This document shows positions 51,368-61,511 of a stretch of 64,000 nucleotides of DNA, piece by piece. Both the position numbers and the translations under genes were made by a program. Each line of letters begins with the position of its first letter. The stretch's first letter is position 1. Source of the DNA: an uncultured Gemmatimonadales bacterium (GTDB taxonomy: Bacteria > Gemmatimonadota > Gemmatimonadetes > Gemmatimonadales > GWC2-71-9); assembly GCA_963730915.1 (NCBI GenBank), contig CAVSTR010000004.1:407014-471013 (forward strand), in the 5' to 3' direction. The notes beneath the pieces are model-generated. The model worked only from the letters and a program-made list of their open reading frames with translations. It did not search any database and had not been told where the DNA came from.

Positions 51368-51631
51368 ATGACGTATGTGATCGTCGAGGCATGTATCGGG
51401 GTGAAGGATCGGGCCTGCGTGGACGTATGTCCGGTGGACTGCATCTACGAGGGCGAAGATCAGCTTTACATCCACCCTGATGAATGCATCGACTGCGGCG
51501 CCTGCGAGCCAGAGTGCCCGGTCACGGCCATCTTCCCGGAGGAGGACGTGCCACCCGACATGGTTACGTTCGTCGAGAAGAACAAGGAAGTGTTCAACAG
51601 CGAGAATCCCCCGGGTCGGCCGAAACGGTAG
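51368..51631 (+). CDS. Ferredoxin (4Fe-4S dicluster type)
   Basis: [17 protein letters not shown] and [12 protein letters not shown]. Confidence 0.88.
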   Translation: MTYVIVEACIGVKDRACVDVCPVDCIYEGEDQLYIHPDECIDCGACEPECPVTAIFPEEDVPPDMVTFVEKNKEVFNSENPPGRPKR

Positions 51632-51677
51632 GGTGAGACGCCGGACGACAGACGCTAGTCGTTACTCTCAATAGAAC

Positions 51678-51709
51678 CACCCTTCTCGGCAGGATGAGGA
51701 GGGTGTTTT
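51678..51709 (+). terminator. Rho-independent terminator after the ferredoxin gene
   Basis: CACCCTTCTC / GAGGAGGGTG stem, 8-nt loop, then TTTT. Confidence 0.7.
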
Positions 51710-51766
51710 GCTTGTTCTAAGTGATGTGAACTGGGGTCTGGCGTCTTGCGGCTGGACAGAAAGGAG

Positions 51767-51801
51767 CCCCGGGATCGAACTGCTTGGCCGCGATCCCGGG
51801 G
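51767..51801 (-). terminator. Strong hairpin downstream of the minus-strand hydrolase gene
   Basis: 11-bp stem CCCCGGGATCG / CGATCCCGGGG. The T tail is weak. Confidence 0.45.
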
Positions 51802-51865
51802 CCGTGCTGCGTGGGAAGAGCTTCTGTACTCGGCGGTAACTGCCGCCAGAGTATAAACGCACCAG

Positions 51866-53086
51866 TCACCCAGAAGGTTTCACCACCACAGATCCCAGAA
51901 AGCTTTCCAGTGCTTCGGTGGTGGCGCGAGGCTGTTCCACAGGAGGCAGGTGGCCCGCTCCTGGTATGATGGCGAGCTCGGCACCCGGAATGGCTTCCGC
52001 CATGGCTTGGGCCAGCGGATGAGGGGTCAGGGCGTCGGCTTCACCCACGACCACGAGCGTTGGAACCCCACTCAAGGTTCGGAGCAAGCCCTCACTTCCC
52101 TCGCGATCGCGCATGGCTGACAGGGCACCCACGATGCCTGGTACCGGTGTCCGCCCCATCAACGTGCGCAGTGATTCTGCCAGCTCCGGCCGGCTCCCGA
52201 GTGTGCCTGCGGCCAGCATTTTCGGGAGCATCGCATCCGCGATTGCTGCAGCTCCCCTCTCTCGAGCCATGGATGCGGCTGCATCACGCGCCCGGCGGGT
52301 TTCCGGTGGATCTGCATCCGCCCTGGTGTCCATGAGGATCAAACCGCGCACGCGTGCCCGCTGCTGGCGCACGAACTCCAGCGCGACGTAGCCACCCATC
52401 GACAGGCCGCAGAGTATGACGTCGTCCACTCCAAGCACGTCCAGCAAGGCAGCCAAATCGGCGGCGTAGATCGACATGCTGTAGCCCAGGTCGGGGGCAT
52501 CGGATTGGCCCATGCCACGAAGATCGGGAGCTACCCGTCGGAACCCATCCAGGTTCTCGATCTGATCACGCCAGATGGTACGGTCGAGCGGATAGCCATG
52601 GATGAAGAGAATTGCGGGCCCATCACCTCGCACCTCCACCGCCAGATTGACCCCGTTGACCGTTATGCGCTGCACGTCCGAGTCACCCCGGCGGGCGTTC
52701 ATATACTCGCGGAACTGCTGCGGGACAGGCGTGGGCCGCCCTTGCGGGTCGATGCATACGAATACGAATTCTGCCGCGGCGATCAGCGTGTCGTCACGTA
52801 CGCGGCGAGCAGTCTGGCGCATGGTAAAGCTGGTGCGCCCCACATGGGTGAGCAGCTGCTGAAACCGCAGGACGTCTCCGGGGAACGCCGCGGCTCGATA
52901 ATCGATTACCGTTTTCCGCAGTGCCGGCCACGAATTGCTTCTCGTGAACACGTCCATCCCCGGCCCGCCACGGAGCATCTCCCACCGGGCTCGCTCGAAG
53001 AGGCTGAGAAACGATGCCTGGTTGAGGTGACCGAACGCATCGCATTCATCGGGATAGACAACGAGGTCGATCTCTGGAGTGGACAT
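51866..53086 (-). CDS. Fusion protein: 4HBT-type acyl-CoA thioesterase plus alpha/beta hydrolase
   Basis: N-terminal hot-dog region (YPDECDAFGHLNQASF). C-terminal HGYPLD..GLSMGGY nucleophile elbow. Start placed at the internal ATG at 53086. Confidence 0.8.
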   Translation of the reverse strand: MSTPEIDLVVYPDECDAFGHLNQASFLSLFERARWEMLRGGPGMDVFTRSNSWPALRKTVIDYRAAAFPGDVLRFQQLLTHVGRTSFTMRQTARRVRDDTLIAAAEFVFVCIDPQGRPTPVPQQFREYMNARRGDSDVQRITVNGVNLAVEVRGDGPAILFIHGYPLDRTIWRDQIENLDGFRRVAPDLRGMGQSDAPDLGYSMSIYAADLAALLDVLGVDDVILCGLSMGGYVALEFVRQQRARVRGLILMDTRADADPPETRRARDAAASMARERGAAAIADAMLPKMLAAGTLGSRPELAESLRTLMGRTPVPGIVGALSAMRDREGSEGLLRTLSGVPTLVVVGEADALTPHPLAQAMAEAIPGAELAIIPGAGHLPPVEQPRATTEALESFLGSVVVKPSG

Positions 53087-53209
53087 GCCGGTAACATACG
53101 GGATGAACGTGAAGGACGGAAAGGCAGCAGGCAGGCCGTCGTGATAACTTGAAAGCGTCCCCGGGGCCACCGCCCCCTTTTGACGTCTCGTCCTTGTCGA
53201 CTTCCCGCC

Positions 53210-53380
53210 ATGAAACCAGCCACAGACTATATTCGCCACGCTGCGCGCCTGGCCCGGAAACTCCAGATGGATGCCGCCATGGGCGGCTCCCCTCAGCCGG
53301 ATGCCGAGTTCTACAAGGCTCTTTCGAAGGCAATGGATGAAATCGCTGCAGGGCTCGAGTTGGTCGGAAAACCCGATTGA
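53210..53380 (+). CDS. Possible small hypothetical protein (56 aa)
   Basis: ORF with helical-looking sequence. No family recognised. Confidence 0.35.
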   Translation: MKPATDYIRHAARLARKLQMDAAMGGSPQPDAEFYKALSKAMDEIAAGLELVGKPD

Positions 53381-53416
53381 ACGCGTGCAAGACACTGAGT
53401 CTGGTACCCTGACAGC

Positions 53417-54589
53417 GTGAGCGCCGCTCCTCTGTCAGCAGACGCATCGAAGCCCCGGGTTCGCCTGGTCCAAACCCAGACCGAGCTGGAAGGCCTTTTT
53501 CAGCGATTCAGCCGCGAGCCCCTCCTCGCGGTCGATACCGAAGCCGCAAGCTTCCATCGTTTCCACGATCGCATCTACCTGTTGCAGCTCTCGTCCAGGC
53601 ACGAGACGGCCGTCGTCGACCCGCTCGCAGTTACCAGCCTCGAGCCACTTGCCGCCGTGCTCCGTAATCCCGAAGTCGAGATCGTTTTCCACGATGCGGA
53701 CTATGACTTGAGACTGCTGCGGACGGAGTATGGATTCGCGGCCAACAACCTCTTCGACACCCGGATCGCCGCGCAGCTGCTCAACGAGCCGGGGGTCGGG
53801 TTAGCGGCGCTCCTGGAGAAATTTTTCGGAGTTCGACTCGATAAGCGATTCCAGCGGGCAGACTGGTCGGCAAGGCCACTCTCGCCGGAGATGCTGGAGT
53901 ACGCTGCGGCCGACACGCATTACCTCCCCGCGCTGCGCGACCTTCTTCGGGCCCGGCTGCAGGAAACCGGGCGCTTGGAATGGGCCCTCGAGGAGTTTGG
54001 GTTGGCAACCGCCGCTCGGCGTCTGCCGTCCGATGCTGAGGAGCCGGGATACCTTCGGCTCAAAGGCGCCAAGGCCATGCCGGGCAGGGCCCTGGCTGTG
54101 CTAAGAGAGCTCTACGAGTGGCGGGATCAGCTGGCACGGCGCAGCGACAAGGCCGCATTCCGAATACTGAACAACGAACCGATGCTCTACATGGCAAAGG
54201 CGCCGCCGCGGGATATGACAGAGCTCAAAGCAGTTCGCGGGATTGGCGGTGACCAAGCCGAGCGACGCGGACAGGAGATTCTGGCAGCGGTCGAGCGGGG
54301 GCTCTCCGTACCGGATGCTGAGCTGCCGCGAGTCGAACGGATCGCGCGCCGCCCACCGGATGCAGCGTACGAAGCGCGGCTCGATCGGCTGAAGCTCCTC
54401 CGAAATCAGATAGCCGTTCGTTTCGCCGTGGCACCGGGGGTGCTCTGCCCCAACGGCACCCTGGAGGCAATTGCACGGCTCAACCCATCAACGCTCGAAC
54501 AACTTGCGGAGGTGCCCGAGCTCAGACGCTGGCAGCTCGGTGAGTTCGGTGAGGAGCTTCTTCGGGCGGTGCAGACACCGCGCGGCTGA
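53417..54589 (+). CDS. rnd: Ribonuclease D (DEDDy 3'-5' exonuclease plus HRDC)
   Basis: LAVDTEA, HDADYDL, YAAADTHYL, and an HRDC-like C-terminal half. Confidence 0.85.
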   Translation: MSAAPLSADASKPRVRLVQTQTELEGLFQRFSREPLLAVDTEAASFHRFHDRIYLLQLSSRHETAVVDPLAVTSLEPLAAVLRNPEVEIVFHDADYDLRLLRTEYGFAANNLFDTRIAAQLLNEPGVGLAALLEKFFGVRLDKRFQRADWSARPLSPEMLEYAAADTHYLPALRDLLRARLQETGRLEWALEEFGLATAARRLPSDAEEPGYLRLKGAKAMPGRALAVLRELYEWRDQLARRSDKAAFRILNNEPMLYMAKAPPRDMTELKAVRGIGGDQAERRGQEILAAVERGLSVPDAELPRVERIARRPPDAAYEARLDRLKLLRNQIAVRFAVAPGVLCPNGTLEAIARLNPSTLEQLAEVPELRRWQLGEFGEELLRAVQTPRG

Positions 54590-54594
54590 AATGG

Positions 54595-54903
54595 TCAGAA
54601 GCCGAGGAAGGTTCGCACCCGGGGATCCATCTTCTCCGGCGTCCAGTAGGGATCCCAGACCAGCTCGACCTCGACCGACTGCACGCCTTCCATATCGCCC
54701 ACCACGCGCTTGACGTCGGCAATGATTTCGGCTCCAGCAGGACAGCCGGGTGATGTCAGCGTCATCTGCACATGTACGTTCCCGGCGTCATCCACGTCGA
54801 CCTCATAGACCAGGCCTATGTCGATGATGTTCAGGTTGAGCTCCGGATCCTTTACCGCGCGGATGGCTTTCCGGATGGCTTCAGCAGTGGGAATAGCGGA
54901 CAT
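54595..54903 (-). CDS. DUF59/MIP18 family Fe-S assembly-related protein (SufT-like)
   Basis: V.DPELNLNIIDIGLVY ... TLTSPGCP. Confidence 0.8.
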   Translation of the reverse strand: MSAIPTAEAIRKAIRAVKDPELNLNIIDIGLVYEVDVDDAGNVHVQMTLTSPGCPAGAEIIADVKRVVGDMEGVQSVEVELVWDPYWTPEKMDPRVRTFLGF

Positions 54904-54965
54904 GGAAGGCTCGAGTCACATGAACTGTGAACAGGCAGCGGATACCTCAAGATAACGCGTCTAGC

Positions 54966-56150
54966 TCAGCACTCCGCAACCAGATCCTGCTGACACACGG
55001 GCGGAACGAGGCGAATGGCGGCGTCAGACAGTGACGTCCTGACCGTACGTAAGGCGTGATGTGAGTTGCCCGTCCGGGGATCGAACGTGCCGTTCGTCAG
55101 GAAGACAAGGAACAGGTCATGCGCAGGATCTATCCAGATCTCGGTGCCGGTAAAGCCGGTGTGTCCATAGGCGGAGGGGCTGATGAGAGTACCGAAGAGG
55201 CTCGGCTGCTTGCCGTCGAGCTCCGGAGTATCCCAGCCGAGGAGTCGGGGGCCGCTGTTGGTGCCACGGGTGAGAAAGCGGCGTATCGTGGCTGGACTCA
55301 CCCAAGGCCCGCGGGGGCCCACCCCATTGCGCAACCATACCTGGGCATAGCGCGCCAGATCCATTCCGGTGGTAAAGATCCCCGCGTGACCCGCTGCGCC
55401 GCCGAGCATGGCAGCGTTTGGATCGTTCACCTGACCCTGCACTGGCTGACCGCGCCACACTGCCGTAGGCACCGCCTGCCGACGGGCGGCGGCACTCAGG
55501 TGATAAGAGCTGGCCGATAGCCCCAGAGGCTCGAAGACTTCCTGCGCAACCAACTGCTCCAGCGGGAGCCCGGACAGATTCTCCAGAAGGACCCCGAGAA
55601 GTATGGCATTGAGGTCGCTATACACGGCCTTGTCCCCCGGCTCCCGTACCAGCTGCTCTGCATACAGCAGGGACAGCGCCGCCTCACGCTTCTTTGCCAA
55701 CTTGAAGAACGGCACATAGGCCCGGAGCCCGCTGGTATGGTCCAGCAGCATCCGCACAGTCACCTGGTCTTTCGCTCCACCGGCAAAGCGCGGCAGGTAC
55801 TGTCGGACAGGCGCGTCGAGACTCAGCCGGTTCCTGTCTGCCAGGCGCATTGCCGCGCTGGTGGTTCCCATGACTTTGGTGATGGATGCGATATCCCATA
55901 AGGTGGAGTCCGGCGTAGGGACCGAGGACTTTGGGCTCCAGGTGAAATGACCGTAGCCTCGAGCGTACAGCACCGAGTCTCTCCGGCCGATCACCACGAC
56001 CGCGCCCGGATAAATCCCCTGCCTTATGCCCTGCCGGACGATCGCGTCGATCTGGTCGATGGATTGAGCGTGCGCGTGCGCGCTGGCCATCATCAGCAGT
56101 TGGGCCGCAATCAGCCACCGAGCTGTTGCGCGGGCAGCGTGCACACTCAC
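54966..56150 (-). CDS. Serine hydrolase, beta-lactamase/PBP family
   Basis: Signal peptide and an SxxK motif (ASITK). Confidence 0.8.
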   Translation of the reverse strand: MSVHAARATARWLIAAQLLMMASAHAHAQSIDQIDAIVRQGIRQGIYPGAVVVIGRRDSVLYARGYGHFTWSPKSSVPTPDSTLWDIASITKVMGTTSAAMRLADRNRLSLDAPVRQYLPRFAGGAKDQVTVRMLLDHTSGLRAYVPFFKLAKKREAALSLLYAEQLVREPGDKAVYSDLNAILLGVLLENLSGLPLEQLVAQEVFEPLGLSASSYHLSAAARRQAVPTAVWRGQPVQGQVNDPNAAMLGGAAGHAGIFTTGMDLARYAQVWLRNGVGPRGPWVSPATIRRFLTRGTNSGPRLLGWDTPELDGKQPSLFGTLISPSAYGHTGFTGTEIWIDPAHDLFLVFLTNGTFDPRTGNSHHALRTVRTSLSDAAIRLVPPVCQQDLVAEC

Positions 56151-56908
56151 GGAGCTGCTCCCGGTTCCCGAACTGGTCCGGGTTGAAGCTGATAGAGTAC
56201 CTGAGCCGTCCGACGATCCCTGGGCGAGAGCACCTCCGTCTGGGTGGCAGGAAACATCACGTCGTTGGAATCCGCCGAGTGGGGCAAACCCAATGCATGG
56301 CCGACTTCATGCGCCGCCACGGAGAGCAAAGCGCGGTCAGGTAAGGGAAAGCCATTGGTAGTACGGACCGCTAGTGTGATCATCGCCCGACGCACTCTGC
56401 CGGCCTGATCCCACGTCAGGTCAGTCTGGCCCGCGCGATCGAGCGGGAAGTTGTTGATCCAGTGCACTACGATCTCCGCCGCCGCCGTGTCTTGCACCAT
56501 ATCGAACCGTACGCCCATTCCGGTGTTCTCCCACCGATTCAAGGCGTCCAAGAAAAAGCGGCCCATACGGGGGTTGTAGTCAGGAGGTCCACCTTCCACC
56601 AAAGAGACCTTGAGCGGAACCCCACCGCGATCGGGCCAGCGGCGGATCACTGAATCCCTCACGATCATCGAATCGAGGTACGTTCTGCCGGCCTCGCGGC
56701 TGAGCTGTTGCCGAAGAGCAAGCCGAGTCAGGCGATCACTGCTGGGGACGTCCGATTGTCCGGCTTCAACGGCGGCGGCCGCCGTCGACTCAAGCTCGGT
56801 GCCTACCCTCGCCTCGTCTACCGTGGAGGCCAGCGCCTTGGACACCCGGTCCGCCACGACCATGGCAAAGAGCCCGAATGTGACGATCGGAAGTACTGCC
56901 GACCTCAT
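56147..56908 (-). CDS. Matrixin-like zinc metalloprotease
   Basis: HEVGHALGLPHS. Start placed at the internal ATG just before the hydrophobic segment. Confidence 0.8.
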   Translation of the reverse strand: MRSAVLPIVTFGLFAMVVADRVSKALASTVDEARVGTELESTAAAAVEAGQSDVPSSDRLTRLALRQQLSREAGRTYLDSMIVRDSVIRRWPDRGGVPLKVSLVEGGPPDYNPRMGRFFLDALNRWENTGMGVRFDMVQDTAAAEIVVHWINNFPLDRAGQTDLTWDQAGRVRRAMITLAVRTTNGFPLPDRALLSVAAHEVGHALGLPHSADSNDVMFPATQTEVLSPRDRRTAQVLYQLQPGPVREPGAAP

Positions 56909-57007
56909 AGATCTCCAGTACGTGGATTCGCTTGGCGATGGCAAGTCTAGGGAATGACGGGCAACCTGAACCGTCGCCCACTGATGCAATTTCTGAGCAC
57001 AACTGTG

Positions 57008-59950
57008 TCAGCTCTTGGCCTCGAGCCAGTTTGGCCCGGTACCGATGTCCACAACCAGGGGTACTCGAAGCGGAGTGACATTTTCCATCTGTTCCCGCAC
57101 CAGCTCCGCCAATGTTTGCAGCTCCTCGGGCGGAGCCTCGAAGACCAGCTCGTCATGCACCTGGAGCAGCATCCTGGCCTGCAACCCTCGTTCGCGGATA
57201 GCTCTGTGAATGCGAACCATGGCCAGCTTGATCAGGTCGGCGGCAGAGCCCTGTAATGGCGAATTCTGCGCGTTTCGCTCGCCATATGCGCGCTGATTGA
57301 AGTTCCGTTCCTTGATCTCGGGGATGTACCGGCGGCGTTTGAAGAGAGTCTCTACGTATCCCTGCCTGCGAGCGAGCTCCACTTGCCGGTCCAGGAAGGC
57401 ACGCACTCCCGAGAACCTCTCGAAGTAGCGAGTGATGAACTCCTTGGCGTCGTCGATTGAGATGCCAAGCTGGCGGCTGAGTGCAAACGGCCCCTGTCCA
57501 TAGATGGTGGCGAAGTTGATCGTCTTGGCCCGGGCTCGCATGTCGGCGGTTACCTCCGCCACTGGCACGTTGAATATCAGTGCCGCCGTCTGCCGGTGGA
57601 TATCGCCTCCCTGTCGGAAAGCCTCGATGAAGGCGGGATCCTCCGACAGGTGCGCCATGATCCGTAGCTCGATCTGGCTGTAATCCGCAACCAGAAACAC
57701 CCATCCCGCCCGAGGGATAAATCCGGCCCGAATCGCTTCGCCCCTCGGCGTCCTGATGGGAATGTTCTGGAGGTTTGGCTCGGCCGAGCTGAGCCGGCCT
57801 GTTGCTGCACCCGCCTGGTTGAAGCTGGTGTGAATTCGTCCAGTAGTCCGGTTTATCCGCAGCGGCAATGCGTCTACATACGTGCCCTTCAGCTTCTGCA
57901 GCTCGCGATACTCCAGAATCAGCTGTGGAAGCTCATGCCCCATCGCTGCGAGCTGTTCCAGTACGTCGGCGTCGGTGGAGGGACCTGTCTTTGTCTTCTT
58001 CAGCACCGGCAGCTGCTGCTTCTCGAACAGAATGCTGGCAAGCTGCCGGGGTGAATTGAGGTTTACATCGGTGCCGGCAACGCGAGCAATGTCTTCGTCG
58101 AGCCGCTGCAGGTCTCTCCCCAGCTCATCACTCAACTGCTGGAAGAGAGCACGGTCAATTGTGATCCCCTCCCACTCCATATCGACCAGCACCTCCAGCA
58201 GAGGCATCTCGATCTCGAGGAGCAGCGGCTCGAGCTGCATTTCGGCAAGCATCGGTTGGAAGAACTGGTGTAATCCCAATACGGTTGCGCTGTCCATCCC
58301 GCAGTAGTTGGCCGCCTGAGGTACCGCCACCTCCGCAAACGAGATCTCGGCTTTGCCCTTTCCCGTCATCTCCTGATAGGTCTGAAGAGCCCGGCCCAGA
58401 TGTTCCAGGCACAGTGTATCGATAGCGTGAGAACGCCGACCAGGATCCAGGACGAAGCTCTCGAGCAGCGAGTCATATGCGACCCCGGCCAGCTCGACAC
58501 CGGCACGACGCAATACCTGCCAATCGAACTTGATGTTGTGCCCTGCCTTGGCCACAGCCGGATCGGTGAGTAGCTCGTATAAAGTGGCACTCGCGGCGGC
58601 AGTGAGGGGCGGAAGGTTGCGGACCGAGGTAGAGGCGTCGCTCCCCACGCCGAGGGAACCGAGCGATCCAGTACCGGCATCGCGGTGGCCGAATGGCAGA
58701 TACCAGACCTCTTCCGGACTTGCCGCAAGCGAAAGCCCCACCAGCTCTCCCTCATGGGGTTCCGGAGAGGTGGTCTCCGTACTGAGGCCTACAATGGGGG
58801 CCTCTCGCAGCCGGGTGACGAGGGCCGGGAGCTCGGCCGGGTCGTCGAGCACCGTGACCGTGGCGGTGGCGGGGCCCGACAGATCGGAGAGGGTGAGCCA
58901 GGATTCCGCGGAGAACGATGCGTCATCGTCAACAGCGAGAGTGGCGAGTGGCGGCTGCGCCTGCAGCTCTACCGCGTGCTTCGACTCGGCGGACAGGAGG
59001 TCGGGATACTGTGATTCCCGCGGGTCGGAGCTCGGTGATGATCCTCCCTGCCCCGTCAGCTTTCGAGCCAGGGCGAAGAACTCCAGCTCGGTGAGTATAC
59101 GGATGATCGCTTCGCGATCCGGCTCATGGGGAACGAGCGCGCCTGCATCCAGTGCTACGGGCACATCGCGCTTGATCGTGACCAATTCCCGGGACAGACG
59201 TGCACTGTCCGCCTGTGTGAGCAGCGCCTCCCGAGGTCTCTTGGCTGTTATTTCGCCGGCGCGCGCCAGGATGGTGTCGAGATCTCCGTACTCGGCCAGC
59301 AGCTTCTGCGCGCCCTTTTCACCGATGCCCTTCACCCCGGGGATGTTATCGGAGGAGTCGCCGACCAGTGCCAGGAAATCGACCACCTGCCGAGGCTCGA
59401 CTCCGAGTCGCTCGGAGGCATTGCCCAGGTCGACCCAGGTTTCGTCCACAGCGGCCGGCCCGCCGCGGCCCGGGTTGAGCAGGGCGACCCGAGGTCCCAC
59501 CAACTGGTAGAAGTCCTTGTCCCCCGAAACGATCACCACCTGCAGCCCGCGCTCCGCCCCCGTCGCCGCCAACGTTCCAATGACGTCGTCAGCTTCGTAT
59601 CCTGGAACCGTGATCAACGGGATGCCGAACGCATCCAGCAACTGCCTGACCCGGTGAACCGCGCGATCGAAGTCTGCCTGGAGCTCGTTGTCGAGCTTTT
59701 CGCGCGTGGACTTGTAATCCGCGTAGCGCTGCTCCCGAAAGGACGTGCCCGCATCGTTGATCCAGGCGACGTAATCGGGACGGTACTTCTCCCGCAGCCG
59801 CATCAGGAAATTCACGATACCCAGTGCGGCGGAGGTATTTTCGCCCTTGGCAGTCCGGAGCGGGCGCGCGATCATCGCGAAGAACGCGCGATAGATGAGA
59901 GCGTAGCCGTCGATGAGGAAAAGCTGAGGCGGATTGTGATTCGGGGCCAT
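57008..59950 (-). CDS. polA: DNA polymerase I
   Basis: 5'-nuclease N-terminus (LIDGYALIYRAFFA). Family A pol motifs DYSQIELR, RRxAKTINFxxIYG and QVHDELV. Confidence 0.95.
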   Translation of the reverse strand: MAPNHNPPQLFLIDGYALIYRAFFAMIARPLRTAKGENTSAALGIVNFLMRLREKYRPDYVAWINDAGTSFREQRYADYKSTREKLDNELQADFDRAVHRVRQLLDAFGIPLITVPGYEADDVIGTLAATGAERGLQVVIVSGDKDFYQLVGPRVALLNPGRGGPAAVDETWVDLGNASERLGVEPRQVVDFLALVGDSSDNIPGVKGIGEKGAQKLLAEYGDLDTILARAGEITAKRPREALLTQADSARLSRELVTIKRDVPVALDAGALVPHEPDREAIIRILTELEFFALARKLTGQGGSSPSSDPRESQYPDLLSAESKHAVELQAQPPLATLAVDDDASFSAESWLTLSDLSGPATATVTVLDDPAELPALVTRLREAPIVGLSTETTSPEPHEGELVGLSLAASPEEVWYLPFGHRDAGTGSLGSLGVGSDASTSVRNLPPLTAAASATLYELLTDPAVAKAGHNIKFDWQVLRRAGVELAGVAYDSLLESFVLDPGRRSHAIDTLCLEHLGRALQTYQEMTGKGKAEISFAEVAVPQAANYCGMDSATVLGLHQFFQPMLAEMQLEPLLLEIEMPLLEVLVDMEWEGITIDRALFQQLSDELGRDLQRLDEDIARVAGTDVNLNSPRQLASILFEKQQLPVLKKTKTGPSTDADVLEQLAAMGHELPQLILEYRELQKLKGTYVDALPLRINRTTGRIHTSFNQAGAATGRLSSAEPNLQNIPIRTPRGEAIRAGFIPRAGWVFLVADYSQIELRIMAHLSEDPAFIEAFRQGGDIHRQTAALIFNVPVAEVTADMRARAKTINFATIYGQGPFALSRQLGISIDDAKEFITRYFERFSGVRAFLDRQVELARRQGYVETLFKRRRYIPEIKERNFNQRAYGERNAQNSPLQGSAADLIKLAMVRIHRAIRERGLQARMLLQVHDELVFEAPPEELQTLAELVREQMENVTPLRVPLVVDIGTGPNWLEAKS

Positions 59951-59959
59951 GCAGGAAAA

Positions 59960-60008
59960 TAAGCGGAAGCGGAAAACCGTGAGCGGGGACGCTTCCGTTA
60001 CCGGCTTA
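59960..60008. repeat. Mini cassette of the AAGCGG/GTGAGCGG family
   Basis: TAAGCGGAAGCGGAAAACCGTGAGCGGGG faces CGCTTCCGTTACCGGCTTA. GGAAGCG/CGCTTCC and TAAGC/GCTTA pair. Confidence 0.6.
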
Positions 60009-60025
60009 CTGCGTATCGCTCCCGT

Positions 60026-61363
60026 TCAGCCTTGTCTACGCACCCGATTCACGGTACGCTCGAACTCCGCACGAGAGCCGGGCGTCAGACGAAGCCGGCC
60101 AAAACCGGTCTCATCCTGAAAGAACAGTGAGAGGCGATGACTGAGATAGGTCCAGCGAACTACCCGGCCGGCGGTGCCTGGGCTGGTTTCGATCGTCTCA
60201 TCTGGAGGTCCCAGTGCAATGAAGACTTCCCCTCGATCAGTGCGCCAGCCGGTGGTGCCCTCATCGGTGAAGCGCGAATTGGCCGCACTGATGCGTCCGA
60301 AGTACTGGTTCAGCGCCTCGTTCTCGGGAGTCGTCTTGTTGGGATCGGTGGCGGCGTAGAACTCCTTCCACAGACGTGACCGCTCGCCGGCCGGAGCCTT
60401 GCGCATCGCGTTTACCCGATCGCTTTCGCCGAAGTAGCGCAGTAGATCCAGCATCTCGTCGAAGTTGGTGATCACCCATGCCTGGGAGAACGACACCAGC
60501 GCCGAAGCACTGCGCTGAGCCGCACCAGTTCCTACTGCCAGCTTGAGCTCGCCAAGCGAGATACTGTCGGGTGCCAGACGGATGACCTGACTCTCCACCG
60601 CCCGGCCGCCTCTGAATCGGAGAGAGTCGGTATAAATCACGTTCTGCTGCTCGTCCTGGACCTGGAAAGGCACCGTGGTCGCCTCAGGGAAATTGTATCC
60701 CTCCACATAGGCGAGAAGAGTATCGGCGCCGTATCCTACTGCTCCCCGGGAGTTGAGCACGACTGAGAGCGGATCCGTCAACGCGCCCCGTCCGGTAGCC
60801 TGATACGCAAGTATGGGGGCCGACGTTGTTCCCGGCTTGAAGGAGGGTGCCGTGTATTCAGCCTCTGCCCTGCTCTCGGCCGTCGAGCCGGCATCCCGAA
60901 CCGTCACCTGGACCTTGTATTTGCCTGGTGTTAGGCGGAGAATTTGTTGGAAGAGAATGCTCTCTTCGGCGCGCAAGGTTTCCTGGAACGTGGGAACCCT
61001 GACGACCTCGTCTCGTGCCAGGTCGATCGATCTGGCGCCTTCCTGCTGGAAGGATATGGTGACGCGGTAGCGGGCGACGAAGAGATTTCCCTCCCGCTGG
61101 AATGCCAGCGCCCTGTTCTCCAGGGAGAGACCCAGCGCCGTTATTACCGAGTCGGCAGGACCGGCCGCAAAGGCTACGGTTCCCACAAAAGGAAGCGGCT
61201 CCGCCGCAGCGAGGCGGCCGAGCCGTTGATAGAAACTCGAGACATTCATCAGCTGGGTGAGCTGGTCGGCAGGAGCGGGGCCATCCTGGCTTCCGACTCG
61301 TTTCCAGCTCCCGCATCCCAGGGCGGCTGCGGCAATCAGAACTGCTAGGACCAGCCGACCCAT
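60026..61363 (-). CDS. GWxTD domain-containing protein
   Basis: GWRTDRGEVFIALGPPDE near the C-terminus, plus a signal/lipobox-like N-terminus. Confidence 0.85.
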   Translation of the reverse strand: MGRLVLAVLIAAAALGCGSWKRVGSQDGPAPADQLTQLMNVSSFYQRLGRLAAAEPLPFVGTVAFAAGPADSVITALGLSLENRALAFQREGNLFVARYRVTISFQQEGARSIDLARDEVVRVPTFQETLRAEESILFQQILRLTPGKYKVQVTVRDAGSTAESRAEAEYTAPSFKPGTTSAPILAYQATGRGALTDPLSVVLNSRGAVGYGADTLLAYVEGYNFPEATTVPFQVQDEQQNVIYTDSLRFRGGRAVESQVIRLAPDSISLGELKLAVGTGAAQRSASALVSFSQAWVITNFDEMLDLLRYFGESDRVNAMRKAPAGERSRLWKEFYAATDPNKTTPENEALNQYFGRISAANSRFTDEGTTGWRTDRGEVFIALGPPDETIETSPGTAGRVVRWTYLSHRLSLFFQDETGFGRLRLTPGSRAEFERTVNRVRRQG

Positions 61364-61511
61364 GAGTCACCCCTAGGAGAACCGCCGTGGATTTGCAGCG
61401 TGCAGGTGGGCGAACGTTAGTGGCGCGAGGCAAGAGGCGTCAAGCGTGTTGCAGCGATGGAGGCGGCTCCAACTTGCTGCCTTCTCATGGATTAACTAGC
61501 TTGGCCTCTGC

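Noticed and set aside
51721-51865. Possible small RNA between the ferredoxin and hydrolase genes.
   Set aside because: The two hairpins there are adequately explained as terminators for the convergent genes.
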